From Epithemia pelagica (taxonomy: Eukaryota > Protista > Bacillariophyta), in assembly GCA_946965045.2 (NCBI GenBank), contig OX337236.1, positions 3,535,191 to 3,599,190 on the forward strand: a stretch of DNA of 64,000 bases, written 5' to 3'. Each line of letters opens with the position of its first letter. Positions within the stretch are counted from its first letter, which is position 1. A model generated the notes under the pieces. It was given only the letters and a program-made list of their open reading frames with translations, made no database searches and was not told where the DNA came from. The translations under genes were made by a program, and so were the position numbers. Positions 36,448 through 48,447 of the stretch are shown here, piece by piece.

Positions 36448-36595
36448 CACCTCGGCGGAGATCATGTGAGTGCGTACAATCTTTTCTAGTCGGAAGTGTA
36501 TGCGAAGCGCGAGGAACCATCCCACCTCGGCGGGGAACATGTGAGTCCGTACAATCTTCTCTATCCTGAAGTGTATGCGAAGCGCGAGGAACTCA
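36448..36595 (+). repeat. 75-bp (25-codon) tandem repeat, two copies
   Basis: CACCTCGGCGG...GAAGTGTATGCGAAGCGCGAGGAAC at 36448 and 36523. Confidence 0.75.
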
Positions 36596-37444
36596 ATCGC
36601 AAGTCGCAACAAAAGTCGCAACCTCCTGCAAGGGGGTTCGGATTTTCAATTCTCAGACAGACAGTGTCAGTTCTGTGTCGTCATCTACAGCATCCCATCA
36701 TACAGACAGTGATACTTACTCGTACATGTGACATGTGGACATGTGACACAACACGAGACGAAAAGAAGAGAAAGAAGGACGAACTACGGTGACTGTTCGA
36801 CGGCCAGACGACGTCGGCCCCGTGTCGTCGACACATATCGTCATGACAATGGACGAGATGGACCGACTGTCGGTGTGTTCCACAGTTGGAAGCTTTTCAA
36901 CCCCATCAGATGAAGAATTGCGCAACTCTACAGCAATCGTTCCGCCGTCCTTACCTGCATCATGCTCGTTTGTCTTTACTTGTCGGTGTTTTTCTTAAAA
37001 GACGCCGAACTCAACTGTTCACTGTTTGTCTGTACCGCACCAAGCCATGTCAGCAGCACATGGTCTTGGTCTTTTGGTCCTTTGTATTGCTGCGGTTCTT
37101 CGCAAGAGGCACCACGAAGATGTATTCCGAAAGTTATACATGGCGATGAAACTGACCTGAGCCAGTAATAGCAGTATGGAACAACAACATGAAGTTTCTT
37201 CCGGTATCAAAAACACTTCCACGGTACTCCGAACAAGAATGCGTGATCTTCGTCATTGCGTGGCTACGGTCACGATTTGTCTTGTGACGAAAGCTCCTAC
37301 CCCTCTTTGGTCCATCCATTTCATCAAGTCAGTCGTGCTTCCAGTCCGCACCCATCAACACCACAACCGCAGAGCAAACCTACGTGCCTGTTACAAGACA
37401 GTACCTCGATCCCCATAAATTCTGCAGTGGAAACGTTTGCAACC

Positions 37445-38614
37445 ATGGCCACCACACTGAAAGAACAAGCATGGCAGTCGGGCCTTGTCCTGTTGGACGA
37501 GACACCTGAATGGAATTTCGAGGACTGGCCTCCTCTCGAGGGTGGATGGCGTTATCGTCATGCTACGGTTGTACTAGATCATCCCGATACGGACGGCAAC
37601 GACAACAACCCGAAGAGACAAACGGTCGTCGTGATGGGAGGACGTCAACAAGGCGAATATGTCACCAATTCCGTTCTTGTATTGAACTTGGCCAACCCAA
37701 ACAAACAGTGGCGAGAAGGGCCACCTATGAACAAGAGTCGTCGAGGACATGCCGCTGTTGTGTGCAACAGAGCCGTCTACGTGATGGGAGGATATGCTGA
37801 CAATTCAATGTTCGATTGCATGGAACGCATTGATGCCAATGATTTGCTGCAATCATCTTCGACATCAAGCAGTTCAAAGAAGAGCCATTTGACGACATTG
37901 AATTGTCGATTATCAACGGGTCGATGTGGATGTTGTGCTGTTGCGGTTCACAACCGATACATCGTTGTAATTGGTGGTTATGACGGTAGTCGAACGTTTT
38001 CGTCGGTGGATATTATTGATACCAGGCACCACACTGTCACTGCGGGGCCAAGCATGACTGTTCCACGACGATTTTGTACCAGCGCGGTTATTGGTCACCG
38101 CATCTTTGTCGTTGGAAGCCATGGTGAGCATGGCAATGTTGACTCGGTGGAGTACTTGGACTATGCAACACCCTGGGACAATCATGAGACAAAGGAGCAA
38201 ACTGGCTCGACATTCATTTCTTTCTCACCCACCTGGACCACTCAGTCGGAGTTGAGGCTTTCCAATGCACGAAGTTGTTATGCAATGGTTGCCGTGGGAT
38301 CTTGTCTAGTGGTGACTGGAGGATACGAATCATCCGTGGAGGTCTTGGATACGCATCACAACTGCATGTGGAATCTCCCACCATTCGGAAATGACCGCAT
38401 TGGCTGCAGTATGGTGACTGTTGCAAATCAAGTTGCCGTGATTGGTGGATGGATAAATCCTTCATGTGCAACATTACCACTAATGGATAGGAATTCGTGG
38501 TGTTTTCGTCGACTCTGTGAGCAGCCTCGGAACGAATGGTACGAGTTTCGGGATGGAATGGGTATCCGAAAGAACCAAGGACCACGTGAAGCCCAACACA
38601 TGTCATTACGATAG
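37445..38614 (+). CDS. Kelch-repeat protein K9
   Basis: Open six-blade ORF; blades 1-2 are nearly identical to the K3 5' half. Confidence 0.9.
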   Translation: MATTLKEQAWQSGLVLLDETPEWNFEDWPPLEGGWRYRHATVVLDHPDTDGNDNNPKRQTVVVMGGRQQGEYVTNSVLVLNLANPNKQWREGPPMNKSRRGHAAVVCNRAVYVMGGYADNSMFDCMERIDANDLLQSSSTSSSSKKSHLTTLNCRLSTGRCGCCAVAVHNRYIVVIGGYDGSRTFSSVDIIDTRHHTVTAGPSMTVPRRFCTSAVIGHRIFVVGSHGEHGNVDSVEYLDYATPWDNHETKEQTGSTFISFSPTWTTQSELRLSNARSCYAMVAVGSCLVVTGGYESSVEVLDTHHNCMWNLPPFGNDRIGCSMVTVANQVAVIGGWINPSCATLPLMDRNSWCFRRLCEQPRNEWYEFRDGMGIRKNQGPREAQHMSLR

Positions 38615-41268
38615 AGGACAGGATGAGACACAGAAGTTTTGTCCTTTAACCGTCGTCTTGTTTTCTACATTCAATTGGAATCCTAGTAACTAATGGTAAC
38701 TCATAAGTAGACAGAACATGTTGCCAGAGATAGAAGGTAGTCTGATGCGATTGCAGCATTGTAGATTGCACTTACTGGTGTCTTTGTTTGCTTGTTCTTG
38801 TCCACAACGTAGGGTTCCATTGTGCCTTGTTTCTTTCGTTTGTGTTTCTGCTATGAAACTTTTGCTGCGAACCGCGACCTTTCGTAGACCTGCTGGTTAA
38901 TCCTATCGCCTATCCATGCCGTGTTCTGGCTGCGCCGCCGTACCACTTGTCTTGGGTGGTGGGACACTTGTCTTGGTTTTTGTGCCGAATCAGCAATCGA
39001 CCTTGGAGTATCGTTTTGATGAGCATCGAGCAGTCACAGTACGCAAAGCAACAACAGTACCATCACTGTTGGACGAATACTCTCACGGCCATTGTACATG
39101 CGAACGAATTATGCAGCAGTAGAGTAGAGTCCACAAGGAAGAAAATGTGAATCACGTCATGGCCGTTTTGGAATCATTGTCGCTGACACCACATGATATG
39201 AATCCTACAAAGACGATTCGACAGAGGACGATCCACGGACAACTATCCACACAACGTTGAAGAAAGAGAGATTCGTGGTTTCAGAATAAGAGATTGAATC
39301 GAGACTTGGTCCACGCGTTCATTGGCCGTCGTCAACATCCGTTGTTGCAGTTGAAGCAAGGTTGGTAGGGCATGCCGATAGGCGGGTACACACCAAACCG
39401 CCGTTCCGACAAGAACAGTTCCATGGTTGCGCGAAGCAACCGATGCAGCACGGAGTATATGACTTTCCCTTGTCTATGACTGATGAGAAACCATTGTCCG
39501 CCATTTCCTTGTTGTTGCAAAAATCGAGCGGGCTCCCCTGTTTGTTGTGAATGCCGTAATGCCTGGTAAATCGAGCGAGCCACTGCACCATGTGCCGTTC
39601 ACAGGAGCGTTATGGGTGTTGACAAAGGCTTTAGACTGTGTCGATTCAAACGACATGACAAAATTCAAAATTGCCAGAATGACCCTTGTGCATCAAATCC
39701 TTGACAAGGCCCGAATAGTGCGATTCACTCAACCGGTTCGCAATGTTGAGTTGCCCACATATACTGATGCGCCGCGAGTAAAATCCCACATCGACCAACG
39801 AGGCTATCGCAGTGGCACGGATCCAGAAATCAGAACGGCAACGGCACGGAGCAGCCACCATCCACCACAGTGTCGATTCGAACTTGAGGGTCCATACAAA
39901 ACCTCTCGCGAATGACTTGCGCTCCTTGATCTGTGACTTGAGTGTTGATCAATCTTGGCAACCGCAATTCAACTGTCACGGATTGGACGAGGCCACTTGA
40001 TGGTTGTTGTTATCTGTCATCGTTTCCGGACGAGACATGTGGGTCAAATTGCTCGATGAGAGGTCAAGTCGTCCTCGTCATCGCCGTCATCGTCTCGTCG
40101 ATGTTATGGAGTAAAGTCCCCAGCGGGGGTGAGGAGTCGGGTCGCATGTGTGTCGTGCTTGTGGTGTTCAAACTACTCTCATTCACTAATCCTCATGACT
40201 CAACTCCCATGGGTCGACGTGCTGTACGTCGAATATTTTGTAGAGTAAAAAATATTTCAAACGCTAGGATTGTTCCGTGGCGTCGACGACAATGGACGAT
40301 GTGTGGAATGTGGGCAACCCAACACTGCGCAACCTTACAGCATTCGTATTACCGCCACACATCATGGATGCCATGACTTTGGACGCTTGTCCGTCTCAAC
40401 CCGCCGATGCCGTGTAGTACTGTCCTGTCATTCAAACAACTTTCTTCCCAGAGGATTCGGAAGCCCACCCATGTCTCCATCCACGGCCTGTGGGCAGTTT
40501 CGTTTCATCTCGTCGACTCGGAATGCGTAAGAAACCAACAACCAGACAGACTGGAGCCTTCATTGCATGTTTGTACATTCCAACAACAACAACAACAACA
40601 CATCACCTTCATCACTGTTACGGGCATTCTGCGCTTACGCTTCAAGGCCGGCAGCAACTGGATTTTCCTGTTTTGTCAAGTTTCTTCCTCTTCTTGGAAA
40701 CGAATTTTAAAAGGACTCTAGACTTGTCTCGACCAGAATTGTTCCACTTGGTCCTCAAAGCCACATGGTGGCCACCTCTTCTTGCTGGCACCCACCAACA
40801 AATTGTTGTTCTACTACTAGAGGGGGATGGGAAACAAACTTTGGTTGTAGGCAATGGGCATCCCCAGTGGTGTTCTGCAAATCGAGAGAATGACAGAGGA
40901 GCACGCACATGCCCTACTGTTGTAATATGCTAGTTCCCAAGGGCGTTTGGCAAAGCTCCGACAATGACGGAAACGAGAGACGTATTGCTGGGATTCTTTG
41001 CGAGAGGCACCACGATGCACTGTGAACTACTCGGACGACGCATTCCAAAACTTCCACGGTACTCAGAACAGGAATGGGTGATCTTTTTCATTGCGTGGCT
41101 ACGGTCACGATTTGTCTCGTGCCGAAAGCTCCTGTCCATCCATTTCGTCAAGTCAGTCGTGCTTCCAGTCCGCACCCATCACAATCACAACAGCAGAGCA
41201 AACCTACCTGCCTCTTACAAGACAGTGTCTCGATCATCATAAATTCTGTAGTCGAAACGTTTGCAACC

Positions 41269-42489
41269 ATGACCACAACACTGAAAGAACGAGCATGGCT
41301 GTCAGGCCTTGTCCTTTCCGACAAGACACCCGAGTGGAATTTCGAGGACTTGCCTCCGCTTGAGGGTGGATGGCGAGAGTATCATACATCGGTCGTGCTA
41401 AATCATCTCGGTGCGGACAACAACAGACAAACCATTGTCGTGTTGGGTGGATGCCGAGCAGGTCAAGGCGAGCTCGATTCAGTTCTTGTACTGAATTTAG
41501 CAGACCCAAAGAAGCAGTGGCGAGAAGGGCTATCCATGAACAAGGCACGTTATAAACATGCTGCTGTTGTGTGCAATAGAGGGGTCTACGTGATGGGAGG
41601 ATACACTAATAGATATTCAAGTTTGGATTGTATCGAACAAATTAATGCCACCGATTTGCTCCAACCATCTTCGACATCAAGCAGTTCGAAGAAGAGCCAT
41701 TGGACGACATTGACATGCCGGTTATCAGTGGAACGATCAGGATGTTGTGCTGTCGCGGTTGACAATCGATATATTGTTGTTATGGGTGGCTATTACAACG
41801 ATCGCTATTTGTCGTCAGTGGATATTATTGATACCAACAATCACATTGTCACTGCTGGACCATCTATGAATCTTCCACGAGCATGCTGTTCCAGTGCGGT
41901 CATTGGGCACCGTATCTTTGTCGTTGGAGGACGTAATGAGCATGGCAATCTTGACTCGGTAGAGTATTTGGACGACACAACACCCTGTGACAGTGTTGAG
42001 ACAAAAAAGGAAACTGGCTTGACGTTCATTTCTTTCTCACCCACCTGGACCACTCATTCGGAGTTGGGGCTTTCCAATGCACGATTATCTTGTGCAATGG
42101 TTGCGATGGGATCCTGTCTGGTTGTGACGGGAGGATTCGAATCATCTGTGGAAGTGTTGGATACGCGCCGCAACCGTGTGTGGAATCTCCCTGGACTGCA
42201 AGAAGATCGTTGGGGCTGCAGTATGGTGTCTGTTGCTAATCAAGTTGCCGTGATTGGTGGATGGCAAATTCCTTCCTGTGCGACATTGCCACTAATCGAC
42301 AAGAATACATGGTGCTTTCGTCGACTCTGTGAGCAGCAGCCCAATCGATGGTATCATTCTCTTGAAGGTTTGGGTATGCGAGATGATGATATCTCACCCT
42401 TCTCCACATCGACATTAGCTTGTAAACGCGCAAGGTCCGATACTCACCGTGGTGATGAAGGGACGGATGAAAACCTAGACGTTTTGTAA
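41269..42489 (+). CDS. Kelch-repeat protein K10
   Basis: Open six-blade ORF; the 3' end is shared with K4. Confidence 0.9.
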   Translation: MTTTLKERAWLSGLVLSDKTPEWNFEDLPPLEGGWREYHTSVVLNHLGADNNRQTIVVLGGCRAGQGELDSVLVLNLADPKKQWREGLSMNKARYKHAAVVCNRGVYVMGGYTNRYSSLDCIEQINATDLLQPSSTSSSSKKSHWTTLTCRLSVERSGCCAVAVDNRYIVVMGGYYNDRYLSSVDIIDTNNHIVTAGPSMNLPRACCSSAVIGHRIFVVGGRNEHGNLDSVEYLDDTTPCDSVETKKETGLTFISFSPTWTTHSELGLSNARLSCAMVAMGSCLVVTGGFESSVEVLDTRRNRVWNLPGLQEDRWGCSMVSVANQVAVIGGWQIPSCATLPLIDKNTWCFRRLCEQQPNRWYHSLEGLGMRDDDISPFSTSTLACKRARSDTHRGDEGTDENLDVL

Positions 42490-43925
42490 TAAGTCATTGA
42501 CTTGTTTTCTATGTTCGATTGCAAAACCTAGTTAGTGTTTACTCAAAAGTAGAAAGAACCTGTTGCAAGATAGAATGTGCTTGTTTGTTGTCAAAGGCAT
42601 GGAAGGAACGATCCGACTTGTGTGTGTCTACGAGTGGTACTACGCCTTGGCCATGACCTTGTGGTGGTATCATGGCACTTCTTTACACGGCAAACCGTCA
42701 TCGATTGGTAACTGTGGTAGCTACGGCAAGAACCGACTGTGTTGTATTCCAAAAAAGTTCTCAAATTGGCTTTGTTTCAATTTTCTAGAGTTTGATGAAT
42801 CCGACAAAAGGACGAAACAGGTGGATCCAAAAGTCCGATGATGAGAGGATCAGGAGCAGAAGCACGACAAGGCAACACTTTGTTGGACCGGATGAGGCCC
42901 GCTTCTGATGGTTTGATTTTTGGATGGAAGCAAGGAGGGAGGACCGTGTCATGTCCAATCCCGACACGATAACCAAGAACAGTGTCCCTTTCGGAGGAGT
43001 CACCATGCGACCGAATGTGTTCGATTCTTCACCATCAAGTTTCCTGCTTCCATGGTGGATCGGCGGAACCCTACGTCCAGAGACGTATACCGCAACCGTT
43101 TTTGCAAGACCCTCTTGGCTACGATCGAACAGCCCACGTTGTCTCCTGCGAATGGAATTTCGTCTCGTCAGGAGGACAGTTGCAACAAGGACAGTAAAGT
43201 CCCTCCAGAACAAATCCAAGAGGAACCCACCAAATCGGATCGGTCGTGCCAGTTGTCGTAATGGACCAGCACGACAACAGGGAATCCAGCCTTGTCGTTG
43301 ACACACCACAACCTCCCGAACTACCAACGCAGCAACAAAGAAGAAGGCCCTCATTGTTCTTCCTCCAATTGAACGAAATGGACGGTATCATTGTCGTGGA
43401 ACCAACTGTGTTGAACTCCGTCTTGGAAGTTGGAATTTGTGGGCACTTTCGTGCCATGGACGACGACGAGTCAGGAAACATCCACCACCACTATTTCCTG
43501 TCGCAGCATGGCTCGTTCGATCGATCATGCCTGGAAACAAGCTCCTCCTCATCGCGATGTCGTGCCCCTCAATGCCAGATCCGCCGAAACCTTCTTGCAC
43601 GATTACAACACTGTCGTACAAGAGTACTCTACCTCCACTTTGTGCCTCGCACTGACCTATTCATCATACAAAAGGACCTCTTCATCCCAAATAATGTTGT
43701 CGCTCTCTCTCTCGTCGTCGACCAAAAGATACTTTTCTTGGGGCTTGTCATGAAATCTATGTGCGATTGATTGTCCTTCACCATCGTACGCAGGACAGGC
43801 ACACCTTTTCTGTCTCCATAAAAAACACACCGCGGTCTCCACGCAAAAAAGCAAAGCTTCCACGCGTTGCTGTATTATTATTACAAAAATACCCTCTGTC
43901 AACGTATTAGTAAAGCGCCGTGACC

Positions 43926-45065
43926 ATGACAACGATACTGAAAGAAGAAGCATGGCAGTCGGGCCTTGTCCTGTTAGACGAGACACCTGAATGGAATTTC
44001 GAGGACTGGCCTCCTCTTGTGGGTGGATGGCGTGCAGGTCATGCTTCGGTCGTACTGAATCATACCGATAACAACCAAGAACAAACGGTCGTCGTGTTGG
44101 GTGGATATCCACCAGGTCAAGGCGAGCTAGATTCCATTCTTGTCTTAAACTTGGCAGAATCAAACAAGCAGTGGCGAGAAGGGCCACCCATGAACAAGAA
44201 ACGTGCTGGACATGCCGCTGCTGTGTGCAATGGAGGCATTTACGTGATGGGAGGAGACAATGGAGGTTCAGATTTGAATTGCATGGAACGAATCGACGCC
44301 AATGATTTGCTTCGATCATCCTTAACAACCACCACCACGCAGGATAGTCATTGGACAACATTGAATTGTCGCTTATCAACGCCACGATGGGGATGTGGTG
44401 CAGTCGCGGTTCACAACAGATACATCGTTGTAATGGGTGGCTACAACGATCGTTATTTGTCGTCGGTGGATATTATAGATACAAACAACCACACTGTCAC
44501 TGCGGGACCATCCATGACTGTTCCACGACAACTTTGTGGCAGTGCGGTGATTGGCCACCGCATCTTTGTCGTTGGAGGTTGGAACGGTAATGAATATCTT
44601 GACTCGGTGAAGTATTTGGACTATGCAACACCCTTTGACAATGATGAGACAGAAAAGGAGATAGGCTCGACGTTCATGTCTTTCTCGTCCACTTGGATCA
44701 CTCAGTCGGAGTTGAGGCTTTCCAATCCACGAAGTTGTTATGCAATGGTTGCCGTGGGATCTTGTCTAGTGGTGACTGGAGGATACGAATCATCCGTGGA
44801 GGTCTTGGATACGAACCGCAACTGCGTGTGGAATCTTCCACCATTCGCATATCACCGCGATGGCTGCAGTATGGTGACTGTTGCCAATCAAGTTGCCGTG
44901 ATTGGTGGACTCCGCAATCCTTCCTGTGCAACATTACCACTTCTGGATAGAAATTCATGGTGTTTTTGTCGACTCTGTGAGCAGCAACCGAACGGATGGC
45001 ATCATTCTCTTGAACGTGTGGGTATCCGAGATGATGATATCTCACCCTTCTTCACCTCGGCATGA
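43926..45065 (+). CDS. Kelch-repeat protein K11
   Basis: Open six-blade ORF; tail slightly shortened. Confidence 0.9.
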   Translation: MTTILKEEAWQSGLVLLDETPEWNFEDWPPLVGGWRAGHASVVLNHTDNNQEQTVVVLGGYPPGQGELDSILVLNLAESNKQWREGPPMNKKRAGHAAAVCNGGIYVMGGDNGGSDLNCMERIDANDLLRSSLTTTTTQDSHWTTLNCRLSTPRWGCGAVAVHNRYIVVMGGYNDRYLSSVDIIDTNNHTVTAGPSMTVPRQLCGSAVIGHRIFVVGGWNGNEYLDSVKYLDYATPFDNDETEKEIGSTFMSFSSTWITQSELRLSNPRSCYAMVAVGSCLVVTGGYESSVEVLDTNRNCVWNLPPFAYHRDGCSMVTVANQVAVIGGLRNPSCATLPLLDRNSWCFCRLCEQQPNGWHHSLERVGIRDDDISPFFTSA

Positions 45066-47370
45066 GCTCGTAAACGAGCAAGGCCCAATACATGCCAGAA
45101 TGATAGAGGGAATGATGAAGCCTAGCCGTTTATTTCTCGAGTGGTTGACTTGTTTTCTACATTCGATTGCAATCTTAGAACCTAGTAGGTAGTTACTCAA
45201 AAGTAGAAAGAACATGTTGCAAGAAAGAGGGTGCTTGTTTGTTGTCAAAGATGTGGAAAGAACGACCAATTTTTTGTCTCTTAAAGTGGTAGTGCCAGGG
45301 CTTTGTGGTGGCATCTTGACACTTTGTAGGACACAGAGACATGGTCCATGGATCGGCAGCCGTCAAGGGACGCCGGAAGCCGACAGTGGTGCACTCCAGA
45401 AAGGACGAGTTTCGCATCGATTTCGTAGCCAAGGGCAATACGGTTGGTCGCCATTTTGTGTCCACTACTATTGAGTAGTGTAGAGTACTCTTAGTGTTCG
45501 TGACCGGGCAAATTCAGGCATGTATTTTTGACATTGTGGTTGCCGTGACTGTCAAGGGTGCGCCATCTTGTCGTTTCTTGGCTTGGGATGCTGTTGCTAC
45601 GACACCATTTTGCTGTGGACCACCACCATTGGCGGATCATCTGTTACCATCCAAACAATACCTGAAGAACACCGATGGAGACTCTCCGCAGTAATCGGTT
45701 GTGATATTGGTGGACTTCTTGTCTGGTTTGAGTAAAGAAGCATGTGTAGTCCTGGCGGTTCTTGCCGCATCGGCTTGTTCCTCTTGTGGTTGGTTCCTCC
45801 TTGTTGGAGCGACAAATCACTCGACGCGGTGAAGGTAGTGGTGGTGCTACTGTGTCAGTCGTTTCAGTCTGGGGTGCTGGTGGAACGTGTTCCAAAATAA
45901 CCAACTTGTCGTGGTTGTCGTTACTTGGTCCACACCAATTGCCGATGATCGATCGAAACCAATCATTCAGTACTATTGGATATTGCGAGAAGGAGGACAA
46001 AACGGGATGCCTGTTGTGCATCCTACGATTGTTGTTGTTGCTGTTTTGGTCCTGTTGGTGGATCGGGAATCATGATTTTTCTTTTCTTGTCATGCTCCTT
46101 GATGAAAGAGCAGGATGGTTGTCGTCATCATATCGTAGTACAATCAAGTGACTGCATTGTCTTTGCTCCTTTCCTCCACGAACCATGAGTTTCGACATAT
46201 GGTCGTGCTCCATGTTTTGGCTTGGTTCATGGTCGTGGTCGATGAATCCGACAAAAGGACGAAAAGGAAGAGTAAAAGCACGAATGGAGAAACCTTGTGG
46301 ACCCTGTAGCCCGCTTCTCTGATGGTTCTTTTTTAGAAATCGAGCATAATTGGTTGCTGCTGCTCTACATTCCTCGTCGTCATGTGAAGAACGAATCATT
46401 GTTGATTGAGCAAAGACGGAATGGAACTGTCGTTGAGAAGCAAGGGGAAGCAACCAGTCTCTCGACTGGCACTACCAGGTCGACAGTTGTTCAATGGAAC
46501 TTGGTGTGGGTGCCTCTTGTCGTCTGTTGTTGGTTCAAAAAACATCGCGGTACCCTATTCTGGCCTTTGGAGGAACGGGAAGCAACACTGCAAGAAGCGC
46601 CTGAAACGTTCTTGCAATTGGACTGTTAATCTTGGTCATCCGTTCGTCGGAGCTACTATCTTCATTTTTGTCAGTGTCCTTCTCTTCGTCCTGTTTGCCG
46701 TGTTCCGACTGGCTAGCATGTATGATGGTACTGCATCGTTTGTTTTGGGGGATCTGATGTCTAGTCATTCGAGATCTGCAATGGGAACCGCCAATTTGCT
46801 CATTCTTGAGAATTTGCGATTCTTGTCGCCGTCTTGTCTTATGAGTTCAGTCACTCCATCTTGTCGATGAACGGTCTTCTCTTCAGGCTCGATACTAACA
46901 TATATACTCTTGTTTGTGCTCTTACTGCCTTGTCTCCTCGAATGCAGGCGTCTGCTGCTGTTGCAACAAGGAAAGCGACTCAAAATGGGATAAATGGCAT
47001 GTTCCTTCTGGTCCATCATGTCGTCGAATTCTCGTCTCTGTGTAGTTGTGCTTGTGACCTTGTTTCCGTCACAAAGTGATGCCCATTCGAAGTCAAGAAG
47101 ACCACTCTCTGTTGTTGTTGTTGTGAGCAGTCTGTATGGACGAGATGACTCAGAAATTAGGGATTGTTGATCTGTGGATGTTGGATTACCAATCTGTGGA
47201 CCTCTTCGTCACATATTAGGATGTCGCTCTCTCGTCGTCGTATTATATCAGAGCGAAAGATACTTTTGGGGGCTTGTCATGTAATCTATGTGCGATTGAC
47301 TGCCATTCATCGTACCGTCTCCACGCGTTGCTTTGTTACAAATATCGACGTTGTAGAGCGCCCCGTGACC

Positions 47371-48447
47371 ATGACAACGACTCTGCAAAAGCAAGCATGG
47401 CAGTCGGGCCTTCTCCTTTCGGAAAAGACACCAGAGTGGAATGAAGACGACTGGCCTCTTCTTTATGGTGGATGGCGTTTGTTTCATGCTTCGGTCGGAC
47501 TCGATCATCCCGATGAAGACGACAATAACAACAACAAGGGACAAACGGTCGTCGTGTTGGGAGGTTTTCAACAAGGTCAAGGCCATGTCAAGTCGGTGCT
47601 TGTATTGTATCTGGCAGACCCAGACAAGCAATGGCGAGAAGGGCCACCCATGAACCAGAAACGTGCTGGACATGGCGCTGTTGTGTGCAACGGAGCCGTC
47701 TACGTGATGGGTGGAAGCAATGCAGGTTCAAGTTTTGATTGCATAGAACGAATTGGCTCCACTGATTTGCTGCAACCATCTTCGACTTCAAGCATCACGC
47801 GTAAAAGCAGTTGGGTGACATTGACATGTCGTTTATCAACGGGCCGATGTGGATGTTGTGCTGTTGTGGTTCACAACCGATACATCGTTGTAATGGGTGG
47901 CTGGAACAGGGGTACATTGTGGTCGGTGGATATTATTGATACAAACAACCATACTGTCATTGCAGGACCAAGCATGACTGTTCCTCGACAATTGTGTGTC
48001 AGTGCGGTCATTGGTAACCGCATCTTTGTTGTTGGAGGCTGTAACGAGGACGGCAATCTTGACTCAGTGGAGTATTTGGACTTCGCAAGGCCATGTGATC
48101 ATGAAAAGACAAACAAGGACACGGCTACCACATTGATTCCCTTCTCATCCACTTGGATTACTCATTCTCACTTGGTGCTTTCTAATGCACGAAGTTCTTG
48201 CGCAGTGGTTGCGATGGGCTCTTGTCTGGTGGTGGCGGGAGGACGAGGCAATTCAACTGTGGAAGTCTTGGATACGCACCGCAACCGTGTGTGGAATCTC
48301 TCGCTGTTGGGAAATGGCCGTGAGGGGTGCAGTCTAGTGACTATTGCCAATCAAATCACCATGATTGGTGGATGTGAGAATCGTACCAGTGCGACATTTT
48401 CATTAGTGGACAAGCATACGTGGTGTTTTCGACGATTATGTGGGTAG
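47371..48447 (+). CDS. Kelch-repeat protein K12 (tail truncated by CAG>TAG)
   Basis: Six blades; stop after WCFRRLCG. Confidence 0.87.
   Translation: MTTTLQKQAWQSGLLLSEKTPEWNEDDWPLLYGGWRLFHASVGLDHPDEDDNNNNKGQTVVVLGGFQQGQGHVKSVLVLYLADPDKQWREGPPMNQKRAGHGAVVCNGAVYVMGGSNAGSSFDCIERIGSTDLLQPSSTSSITRKSSWVTLTCRLSTGRCGCCAVVVHNRYIVVMGGWNRGTLWSVDIIDTNNHTVIAGPSMTVPRQLCVSAVIGNRIFVVGGCNEDGNLDSVEYLDFARPCDHEKTNKDTATTLIPFSSTWITHSHLVLSNARSSCAVVAMGSCLVVAGGRGNSTVEVLDTHRNRVWNLSLLGNGREGCSLVTIANQITMIGGCENRTSATFSLVDKHTWCFRRLCG

Noticed and set aside
36448-36595. Repeat-spacer-like pattern as a CRISPR array
   Set aside because: Only two 75-bp tandem units with no unique spacers, in a eukaryotic context with no cas genes.
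38700-40900. Possible genes in the 38.7-40.9 kb, 45.3-47.1 kb and 49.2-49.7 kb stretches
   Set aside because: Only short ORFs with no recognisable motif; cannot be supported without homology or RNA data.
1975-43660. Recurrent spacer modules as a DGR or CRISPR-like template system for Kelch variation
   Set aside because: The modules have no similarity to the Kelch variable loops, there is no adenine-specific variation pattern, and the only RT is a standard copia RT.
7879-47370. Long N-terminal ORF extensions of Kelch genes (7879, 20741, 27589, 37256, 41074, 47164)
   Set aside because: They start at non-ATG or unshared codons and differ among copies; all paralogs align from the (G/A)(A/C)(C/G)CATG start.
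188-48350. Numerous antisense and alternate-frame ORFs overlapping Kelch genes
   Set aside because: Shadow ORFs with no domain signal, recurring only because the genes are paralogous.
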